41,140 bases of DNA, from contig JAIVWD010000003.1 in assembly GCA_049190315.1 (NCBI GenBank), positions 1 through 41,140 on the forward strand, given 5' to 3'. Numbering within the stretch: the first letter of the stretch is position 1; each line of letters opens with the position of its first letter. The notes under the pieces are model-generated. The model had not been told where the DNA came from and ran no database searches. It was given only the letters and a program-made list of their open reading frames with translations. Of the stretch, positions 1 through 6,355 are shown in pieces. This DNA comes from Deltaproteobacteria bacterium (lineage in GTDB: Bacteria; Desulfobacterota; Desulfobacteria; Desulfobacterales; ETH-SRB1). Both the position numbers and the translations under genes were made by a program.

Positions 1-103
1 AGCGCCTTTTAAAATAATTGCAGATCCCAGGCTTATTGGAATTGGTTATGACTGTGGTTTTGGGAATGATAATAGTGCAGGGATGGGGTGTGTTGAAATC
101 ATA
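1..103 (+). repeat. Direct repeat copy 1 (the coding 3' end of the left-edge gene); partner at 1575-1677
   Basis: Aligned by eye with 1575-1677. Order and frame are the same and roughly four fifths of positions are identical (AGCGCCTTTTAAAATAATTGC..., TATGACTGTGGnTTTGGGAATGAnAATAGnGCAGGG..., GAAATCATA). Copy 1 is cut by the window edge. Confidence 0.85.
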
Positions 104-133
104 ATTAATGCAGATAATAGCAAAAACGATTAG
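2..133 (+). CDS. Partial CDS (3' end) entering from the left edge; glycine-rich C-terminus, possibly Cas6/RAMP-like
   Basis: Frame 2 is open from the window start to TAG 131-133 and reads APFKIIADPRLIGIGYDCGFGNDNSAGMGCVEIIINADNSKND*. The G-x-G ... S-x-G-M-G pattern resembles the C-terminal G-rich loop of Cas6-type RAMPs. Only 43 aa are visible, so the family call is a guess. Confidence 0.3.
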   Translation, partial: APFKIIADPRLIGIGYDCGFGNDNSAGMGCVEIIINADNSKND

Positions 134-307
134 CAACTTGATACATTTAAAACAAAATCGAAGCATTTTAGGGTTGGAAAAAAACAGGAAAAATCAATGC
201 ATGTTCAGCACAAAGGTAAGCGCTGATGAAACAACGGGTTGAGAATTACCTGGATCAACTCATCAAGGGTAAGGAGCCCGGATCGTATTGGAATAGGAAC
301 TCAATCG

Positions 308-1483
308 ATGAAAAAAAAGTTAAAGGAATTAGCAAAACCTGAGGATAGCCTTTTTGATCGTGTCGTAACCATTTTGGAGCAAGCGCGAACAAATGTTATT
401 CGTACTGTTAACAGCGAAATGGTGCTCGCCTACTGGCACATCGGACAGGAGATAGTTCAGGAGCTTCAAAAGGGTAAGAATCGGGCTGAGTATGGCAAGC
501 AAATTATTAAAGAACTTTCTGTAAAGTTGAATAAAAAATACGGCAAAGGGTTCTCTTCAACAAATCTATGGTATTTCAGACAGTTCTATGTTGTGTACTC
601 AAATCGGAGACCCAAGATTCGCCACAAGGCTTGTGGAGAATTGATTTCCATGGAAAAATTCCACAAGCCTTGTGGAGTTTTGGATGATTTGAGCTTGGCA
701 GTTGAAAAAAGTGAAGCCCTCCAAGGATTTTCACCCCTATTAAGCTGGTCGCACTATCGCACATTGAGCAAGGTTGAGCATAAAAATGAACGTCTTTTTT
801 ATGAAATTGAAGCCGAGAAAGAAGGCTGGAGCGTTCCTGTTCTGGAGCGGCAAATTCACTCTTTCCTTTTCGCACGGCTCCTGAAAAGCAAGGATAAAAA
901 CGGCGTTCTGAAATTAGCAACGGAAGGACAAGCAGTAAAAAATCCGGCTGACATCATTAAAGAACCTTATATCCTTGACTTTCTTGGGTTGCCTGATTCT
1001 AAGCGGATTCACGAATCAAAACTGGAATCTGCAATTATAGACAACATTCAGTCATTCCTTCTGGAATTGGGAAAAGGCTTTGCTTTTGTCGCCCGACAAA
1101 AACGTCTTCAGTACGAAGACGAATTTTTCTATGTCGATCTTGTTTTTTATAACTGTATTCTGAAGTGCTATTTGCTGATTGACCTGAAAATCGGCAAACT
1201 TGCCCATCAGGATGTCGGGCAGATTGATAGCTATGTTCGAATGTTTGATGACCTTTTTATCACCAAGGATGATAATCCAACCATCGGGCTGATTCTCTGT
1301 TCCGAAAAAAACGAGTCCATTGCCCGGTACTCTGTGCTGAACAACAGCAAACAGCTCTTTGCATCTAAGTACATGCTTTATTTGCCTACCGAGGAAGAGC
1401 TGGAGCGAGAGTTGGAGCGGGAACGAAGGTCGATTGAAGAAAGACAACAAACAGAAAACGAAGGCAATCAGGATGGTGATTAA
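308..1483 (+). CDS. DUF1016 / YhcG-like PDDEXK-family nuclease domain protein
   Basis: ORF 239-1483; the likely start is ATG 308 (MKKKLKEL...). Family-typical segments: VNSEMVLAYWHIGQEIV, NLWYFRQFY, LSWSHYRTL, GKGFAFVARQKRL, FYVDLVFYN, LIDLKIG (D..(D/E)xK-like core). Confidence 0.8.
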   Translation: MKKKLKELAKPEDSLFDRVVTILEQARTNVIRTVNSEMVLAYWHIGQEIVQELQKGKNRAEYGKQIIKELSVKLNKKYGKGFSSTNLWYFRQFYVVYSNRRPKIRHKACGELISMEKFHKPCGVLDDLSLAVEKSEALQGFSPLLSWSHYRTLSKVEHKNERLFYEIEAEKEGWSVPVLERQIHSFLFARLLKSKDKNGVLKLATEGQAVKNPADIIKEPYILDFLGLPDSKRIHESKLESAIIDNIQSFLLELGKGFAFVARQKRLQYEDEFFYVDLVFYNCILKCYLLIDLKIGKLAHQDVGQIDSYVRMFDDLFITKDDNPTIGLILCSEKNESIARYSVLNNSKQLFASKYMLYLPTEEELERELERERRSIEERQQTENEGNQDGD

Positions 1484-1574
1484 AGTTTTTGCTGTTTTAG
1501 CAAGGCAAAATCAGCAAGCTGATTCATTTTAAAAAAATCGACAAGAACATAAAAACCAAAATAAAAGGCTTTGA

Positions 1575-1713
1575 AGCGCCTTTTAAAATAATTGCGAACC
1601 CTGAGCTAATTAAAGTTGGCTATGACTGTGGCTTTGGGAATGACAATAGCGCAGGGCTTGGGTGTGTGGAAATCATAGTCAAAAGTGTGATAAAAAGGAT
1701 TTATTATGTCTGA
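1575..1713 (+). pseudogene. Orphan duplicated 3' fragment of the left-edge gene (repeat copy 2)
   Basis: Reads APFKIIANPELIKVGYDCGFGNDNSAGLGCVEIIVKSVIKRIYYV* in frame. An in-frame TAG lies at 1498-1500 with no plausible start after it. The fragment overlaps the ORF6N start codon. Confidence 0.7.
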
Positions 1714-2254
1714 TATTGTATCTGTCGAAGCAGTCGCCGGTAAAATTTATTTGATACGCGGTTTAAAGGTGATGCTGGATAGAGATCTGGCAGAGCTTTA
1801 CTGTATTGAAACAAAACGTCTAAAGGAACAAGTACGAAGGAATATTGAAAGATTTCCGGAAGATTTCATGTTTGAACTCACACAAGAGGAATTAAAAAAT
1901 TGGAGGTCGCAATTTGCGACCTCCAATCAATATATAATGGGATTACGTATCCCTCCATTTGCATTTACAGAGCATGGTGTGCTTATGCTTTCCTCTGTTT
2001 TAAAGAGCGAGAGGGCTGTTCAGGTAAATATACAGATAATGCGTATATTTGTGAAACTCAGGCAACTGTTTCTTGATAATGAAAACATCAGGAAAGAATT
2101 CGAAGATCTAAAACAAATCACAGATGAACGCTTTCAAATTGTTTTTGAAACTTTAGATCAGCTTTTGACTGTAGATGTTAATGAAAAGAAAAAGATTGGA
2201 TTTATAGTTAAAGAAAAAGTCAGCAAATACGGAAAGAAGAAACAAGAACTCTGA
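1706..2254 (+). CDS. ORF6N domain protein (KilA-N-related DNA-binding domain)
   Basis: N-terminus IYLIRGLKVMLDRDLAELYCIETKRLKEQVRRNIERFPEDFMFELTQEE is the characteristic ORF6N signature, followed by a coiled-coil-like C-terminus. Confidence 0.8.
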   Translation: MSDIVSVEAVAGKIYLIRGLKVMLDRDLAELYCIETKRLKEQVRRNIERFPEDFMFELTQEELKNWRSQFATSNQYIMGLRIPPFAFTEHGVLMLSSVLKSERAVQVNIQIMRIFVKLRQLFLDNENIRKEFEDLKQITDERFQIVFETLDQLLTVDVNEKKKIGFIVKEKVSKYGKKKQEL

Positions 2255-2399
2255 GCCGAAGGGATAGACAAAAGTATGATTAGTGTAATTAGTAAAGGAT
2301 GTCCCCAAAATACCACTTGGATTATTGCTTATTTAACCATAGCGATGGGGTTTAACAATGAATTGTCCTTTTTAATGAAAAAAGGAGATTAACAGGAGT

Positions 2400-4607
2400 A
2401 TGTCCAAAAAATATTATGCGCACACCTTGGATGGAAAACCACCCTCCGACTGGCAGCCGCTGGAAGAACATCTGAAAAATGTCGCAGAAATGGCCCGATT
2501 GTTTGCTATGGCTTTTGGCGCTGGGGATTGGGGTTATTTGGCGGGGCTGTGGCATGATTTGGGGAAGTATTCCGAGGCATTTCAGCAGCGTCTTGGCACT
2601 GCAGAAGGAACTGACGCACACATTGAAACAAAACCGGGACGCGTTGATCATTCCACTGCCGGGGCACAGTATGCTTTCAATATTCTGAGAGATAAAGGGA
2701 AAATATTAGCTTACGCCATCGCCGGTCATCATGCCGGGCTTCCGAATGGCAAAGCAAATGAAGCTTCAGATCTTACCAGCAGACTTAAAAAAAATGTCCC
2801 CGATTATTCTTTTTTCCCGAATCAACTTTTTAATATCGCTACATTAAACGACCCGCCTTTTATGTTAGATCAAAAGCGTTTTGGATTCCAACTTTCCTTT
2901 TTTGTCAGGATGATCTTCTCAAGTCTTGTCGATGCGGACTTTCTGGATACAGAAGCGTTTATGGATAGCGAAAAATCTTTATGGCGAAAAGGCTATCCCG
3001 ATCTCTCTGAAATGAATAATAAACTGACCTTAGCACTCAACAAACTGATTGAGAGCGCTTCGGATACGCAGATAAATGAACATAGGATAAAAATTTTAAA
3101 AAATTGTCTTGATGCTGCCGAATCCCCGCAGGGCTTGTTTTCTTTAACGGTTCCCACTGGAGGAGGGAAGACTCTTTCGTCTCTCGCTTTTGCAATAAAA
3201 CACGCCCTAAAACACGGTTTTGAAAAAATTATTTACGTTATCCCTTACACCAGTATTATTGAACAAAATGCGGCTGTTTTTCGAGATATTTTCGGAGAAA
3301 ACGCTGTTCTGGAACATCACAGTAATTTTGAGCCGAAAGAAGAAGATCATCGCTCCCGTCTGGCTGCTGAAAACTGGGATGCTCCGCTGATAGTTACAAC
3401 CAATGTACAGTTTTTTGAATCATTATACCGTTGCAGGTCATCACGTTGCAGAAAAATTCATAATATTGCAAAGAGTGTGGTTATATTAGACGAAGCACAG
3501 ATGCTCCCTGTTCCGCTTTTGAGACCCTGCATGGAGGTTTTAAGAGAGCTTTCGTCCACATATAGAACAACAATTGTCTTGTGTACTGCCACTCAGCCAG
3601 CTTTATCGACAAACGAAAATTTTAAAGATGGTCTGGACGGGGTGCAGGAAATTATCCCTGATCCCGCAAAACTTTACAATCTGTTTAAACGCATTCACAT
3701 TGAAATTTTGCCCGTACTTTCTGATGATGTTTTAGCAGACAGACTAAACGCACATGATCAGGTTTTGTGTATTGTAAATACACGTAAACACGCCCGATTA
3801 GTTTTTGAAAGTATTCGAGATCAGGAAGGTTGTTATCACCTTAGCGCTTTGATGTGTCCCGCGCACAGAACAAAGAAGTTTAAAGAAATAAGAAGTGCTC
3901 TTTCCAAAGGTCTCCCTTGCCGAGTCGTAAGCACACAGTTGATTGAGGCTGGGGTGGACATCGATTTTCCCGTGGTATATCGCTGTGCAGCAGGTATCGA
4001 TTCTATTGCACAGGCAGCCGGGCGGTGTAACAGGGAAGGGAAAATACATGAAGGCGGCAAAGTTTATGTCTTTTTATCTGAAACCGGTTTGCCCCCGGGT
4101 CATTTCCGTCATGCAGCCGAGACTGCTGAAGCCGTAGTACGTCATCACGATGATCCTCTGTCGCTTGAAGCCGTTGAAGAGTATTTCAGGACTTTATATT
4201 GGATGAGGGGTGAACGGCTGGATGAACATCAAATCCTTGATGACCTGAACGAAGGGAAACGAAAAGGTGATTTTCCATTCAGGGTTGTGGATAAAAAGTT
4301 CAAAATCATAAAGGATGACATGGAGTCGATTATCATTCCATGGAAGGAGAATGAGCAAGATAAGGATGCCGAAAAAATTATTCAGGGTTTGCGTTATTCT
4401 GAGTATCCCGCAAGCTTGGCGCGCAAAGCTCAGCGTTTTACTGTCCAGGTGCCGCCGCGCGTATTGAGCAGCCTGGAATATGCCGGCAGTGTAGAACGCC
4501 TGCATGATCAGTATTGTGTGCTGATCAATATGGACTTATATCGCGATGATCTTGGACTTTGTTCTGAAGACCCGACTTTTCACAGACCGGAAAGTCTGAT
4601 CGGATAG
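2400..4607 (+). CDS. cas3: CRISPR-associated helicase/endonuclease Cas3 (HD nuclease + SF2 helicase), type I-C context
   Basis: HD motifs GLWHDLGK, DHSTAG and IAGHHAGL. Helicase motif I is VPTGGGKT, motif II is LDEAQ and motif III-like is CTATQP. It heads a cas5c-cas8c-cas7c-cas4-cas1-cas2 set. Confidence 0.95.
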   Translation: MSKKYYAHTLDGKPPSDWQPLEEHLKNVAEMARLFAMAFGAGDWGYLAGLWHDLGKYSEAFQQRLGTAEGTDAHIETKPGRVDHSTAGAQYAFNILRDKGKILAYAIAGHHAGLPNGKANEASDLTSRLKKNVPDYSFFPNQLFNIATLNDPPFMLDQKRFGFQLSFFVRMIFSSLVDADFLDTEAFMDSEKSLWRKGYPDLSEMNNKLTLALNKLIESASDTQINEHRIKILKNCLDAAESPQGLFSLTVPTGGGKTLSSLAFAIKHALKHGFEKIIYVIPYTSIIEQNAAVFRDIFGENAVLEHHSNFEPKEEDHRSRLAAENWDAPLIVTTNVQFFESLYRCRSSRCRKIHNIAKSVVILDEAQMLPVPLLRPCMEVLRELSSTYRTTIVLCTATQPALSTNENFKDGLDGVQEIIPDPAKLYNLFKRIHIEILPVLSDDVLADRLNAHDQVLCIVNTRKHARLVFESIRDQEGCYHLSALMCPAHRTKKFKEIRSALSKGLPCRVVSTQLIEAGVDIDFPVVYRCAAGIDSIAQAAGRCNREGKIHEGGKVYVFLSETGLPPGHFRHAAETAEAVVRHHDDPLSLEAVEEYFRTLYWMRGERLDEHQILDDLNEGKRKGDFPFRVVDKKFKIIKDDMESIIIPWKENEQDKDAEKIIQGLRYSEYPASLARKAQRFTVQVPPRVLSSLEYAGSVERLHDQYCVLINMDLYRDDLGLCSEDPTFHRPESLIG

Positions 4608-4659
4608 ATATGACAATTCAACAACTATACAGCATTACAAAGAAAGCTAAAAAATAATA

Positions 4660-4688
4660 TTGACAAATAGATTTATCAGGTTTATCAT
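4660..4688 (+). promoter_or_regulatory. Near-consensus sigma70-type promoter (TTGACA-17 nt-TATCAT) reading toward the NYN gene and cas5c
   Basis: TTGACA at 4660-4665, a 17-nt spacer at 4666-4682 and TATCAT at 4683-4688. The predicted TSS is about 4695. Confidence 0.6.
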
Positions 4689-4691
4689 TTC

Positions 4692-4710
4692 TTCAATGTA
4701 ATGATTTAAT
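4692..4710 (+). promoter_or_regulatory. PAM-flanked partial protospacer for the mini-CRISPR psi-spacer (candidate Cascade operator)
   Basis: TTC (4692-4694) is followed by AATGTAATGATTTAAT (4695-4710). The psi-spacer 5617-5632 is AATGTGATGATGTAAT, so 14/16 match, with mismatches only at positions 6 and 12. Similarity is lost from position 17 onward. Confidence 0.7.
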
Positions 4711-4754
4711 AAAAACGCACTTACAAAAATAAGATTTTTGCAATATTATTTCCT

Positions 4755-4784
4755 GAAAAAAGAAACGCCCCTTTTCAGGGGCGT
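4755..4784 (-). terminator. Intrinsic terminator oriented for the minus strand
   Basis: An 8-bp GC-rich stem (4765-4772 ACGCCCCT / 4777-4784 AGGGGCGT) with a 4-nt loop. On the minus strand it is followed by TTCTTTTTT. On the plus strand no T-run follows. Confidence 0.6.
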
Positions 4785-4823
4785 CGGTCCAGCGATACTA
4801 TCACTGGAGGGGCTAACTATCTA
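4755..4823 (-). ncRNA. Candidate ~65-70 nt small RNA, antisense to the leader of the NYN transcript
   Basis: Minus-strand promoter-like TTGATT (4858-4853)-17 nt-TATAGT (4835-4830) lies about 45 nt upstream of the minus-oriented terminator. There is no start codon in the interval. It contains CCCCUCC. Confidence 0.3.
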
Positions 4824-4927
4824 ATAAATACTATATGCATACTTAGCTCATAAATCAAGAAAAATTTTCTGTAAATCATACAACAATCAGTAGCAAACAA
4901 AAAAGAACTTACAGGTGCAACTAAAAT

Positions 4928-5548
4928 ATGGAAAGAATAATAGTTTATATTGATGGTTTTAACCTTTATTTCGGGATGAAGGAAAAAGGGTGGCGAAGGT
5001 ATTACTGGTTGAATGTACACTTGCTCGCAAAAAATTTACTCAAGCCTTATCAGAAGCTCATTGAAACAAAGTATTTCACAAGCCGTGTGTCCTCAATGCC
5101 AAATGATCCGGGAAAAGCCAAGCGTCAAGGAGAATATCTGGAAGCCCTTAGTACAGTTCCCATGTGCAAGATTTTTTACGGCCATTATCTCGGGAAAAAA
5201 ATACATTGTAATAAATGCGGTAATTTCTGGACTACCCATGAGGAAAAAATGACGGATGTCAACATTTCTGTTGAACTAATAACAGATGCATATCAAGACA
5301 AATTTGATACTGCATTTCTAATATCTGGAGACAGCGATCTTGTGGGGCCGATCAAAGCTGTTCGTCGCCTCTTCCCGCTGAAGAAGGTAGTTGTGGGATT
5401 CCCACCCTGCAGGCATTCAGCACAATTGAAAAAAGTTGCTAACGCCATTTTTGTCATAAGTCGCAAAAAAATATCGGAAAGTATACTTCCCGATCAAGTA
5501 AGAAAAATCGACGGATATATTTTGCGCAGGCCTGATAGATGGAAATAA
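4928..5548 (+). CDS. NYN domain (LabA-like, PIN-fold RNase superfamily) protein inserted between cas3 and cas5c
   Basis: RIIVYIDGFNLYFG at the N-terminus, EEKMTDVNISVELI, and FLISGDSDLVGPIKAV, which are the acidic motifs typical of NYN/LabA domains. A CxxC (CNKCG) sits between them. SD AGGTG lies at 4913-4917. Confidence 0.75.
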   Translation: MERIIVYIDGFNLYFGMKEKGWRRYYWLNVHLLAKNLLKPYQKLIETKYFTSRVSSMPNDPGKAKRQGEYLEALSTVPMCKIFYGHYLGKKIHCNKCGNFWTTHEEKMTDVNISVELITDAYQDKFDTAFLISGDSDLVGPIKAVRRLFPLKKVVVGFPPCRHSAQLKKVANAIFVISRKKISESILPDQVRKIDGYILRRPDRWK

Positions 5549-5583
5549 CATGACTGACTTTCTGTGTTTTTTAAATCATATAT

Positions 5584-5684
5584 GTCACCCTATTAAATGG
5601 GGTTGTGGATTGAAACAATGTGATGATGTAATTCCAAAAGAAAAGTCGCCCATACTTATTATATATGGGCGTGGATACTTGAAG
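5584..5684 (+). CRISPR. Degenerate mini-CRISPR: psiR1 (5584-5616), 28-nt psi-spacer (5617-5644), psiR2 (5645-5684); CreA/CreR-like
   Basis: psiR1 is GTCACCCTATTAAATGGGGTTGTGGATTGAAAC. Its last 11 nt are identical to the canonical repeat at 12165-12196, and its stem is decayed. psiR2 is GTCGCCCATACTTATTATATATGGGCGTGGATACTTGAAG, with GTCGC plus an 8-bp stem (CGCCCATA/TATGGGCG) retained and the handle decayed. It ends 2 nt before the cas5c SD. Confidence 0.8.
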
Positions 5685-5701
5685 AAAAGGAGGGATACTA
5701 T

Positions 5702-6355
5702 ATGTCTTATGGCGTCAAATTAAGAGTTTGGGGAGAATATGCGTGTTTTACCAGGCCGGAGATGAAGGTGGAACGGGTAAGTTACGATGTGATAACACCA
5801 TCTGCTGCCCGCGGAATTTTGGAAGCAATTTACTGGAAACCGGCAATAAGCTGGGTAGTGGATTGTATCCATGTAATGAATCCTGTGAGATTTGATAATA
5901 TTCGGCGTAATGAACTTGCAGGAAAATTGCCAGTGGGTACGATTAAAAAGGCAATGAAAGACGGTGGTTCTCCTGTTGAGGTCTTTATTGAAGATAATCG
6001 CCAGCAACGTGCGGCAATGGTGCTGCGGGATGTTTCTTACGTCATTGAAGCACATTTTGAGTTTACAGGTTCTGAAGATAATAATGCCGCCAAGCACAAA
6101 GAAATTTTTGACCGCCGCGCTCGCAAGGGACAGTGTTTTCATCATCCTTATCTTGGCTGCCGTGAATTCCCCGCACACTTTGAATTAATAGAGGATGGCA
6201 TTCCGATATCAAAACTTACCGGCAAACAGGATCTGGGATGGATGCTTCACGATATAGATTTTAATAACAACATGGAAGCGAAGTTTTTCAGAGCGGTTAT
6301 GCAAAATGGCATTATTGACGTGCCTCCATTTGACGGACAGGAGGTGAAAGCATGA
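5702..6355 (+). CDS. cas5c: Type I-C Cas5c (Cas5d), the pre-crRNA processing subunit
   Basis: [44 protein letters not shown] is the hallmark Cas5d N-terminus. SD AAGGAGGG lies 7 nt upstream. ATGA overlap with cas8c. Confidence 0.92.
   Translation: MSYGVKLRVWGEYACFTRPEMKVERVSYDVITPSAARGILEAIYWKPAISWVVDCIHVMNPVRFDNIRRNELAGKLPVGTIKKAMKDGGSPVEVFIEDNRQQRAAMVLRDVSYVIEAHFEFTGSEDNNAAKHKEIFDRRARKGQCFHHPYLGCREFPAHFELIEDGIPISKLTGKQDLGWMLHDIDFNNNMEAKFFRAVMQNGIIDVPPFDGQEVKA

Noticed and set aside
171-185. GGGTTGGAAAAAAAC upstream of the DUF1016 gene vaguely resembles the I-C repeat 3' end (GGGTTGTGGATTGAAAC in psiR1).
   Set aside because: It lies in an A-rich tract, only the outer bases match, and there is neither an upstream stem nor a partner repeat.
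1509-1530. AATCAGC-AA-GCTGATT hairpin followed by CATTTT after the DUF1016 stop, a possible terminator.
   Set aside because: The stem is short and A/T-rich with a 2-nt loop and an interrupted U-run. That is too weak to call.
1664-1675. A 10-nt identity (GTGTGGAAAT) between the sequence right after the cas1-cas2 solo repeat (11607-11616) and the duplicated gene fragment.
   Set aside because: There is no TTC PAM (it is preceded by GGT), the match breaks at position 11, and a 10-mer match is not surprising in about 82 kb of two-strand sequence.
2345-2360. ATGGGGTTTAACAATG upstream of the cas3 RBS resembles psiR1's ATGGGGTT...AAACAATG junction, raising the possibility of a third, further-decayed repeat unit.
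   Set aside because: The handle core (GTGGATTG) is missing, there is no hairpin, and no PAM-flanked target was found for the following sequence. It is too degenerate to call.
4696-4711. Start-stop and two-codon mini-ORFs (ATG TAA; ATG ATT TAA) at the predicted 5' end of the Cascade-targeted transcript.
   Set aside because: There is no SD, they lie inside the protospacer-like site itself, and such strings are expected in A/T-rich DNA. They cannot be told apart from chance.
4928-4942. The NYN ORF begins ATG GAA AGA ATA ATA. AGA and AUA codons right after the start recall the tRNA-sequestering mini-ORFs of CreT RNAs.
   Set aside because: AGA and ATA codons are frequent throughout the coding sequences in this A/T-leaning window. 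The ORF also continues into a full, well-conserved NYN domain, so nothing indicates a rare-codon trap.
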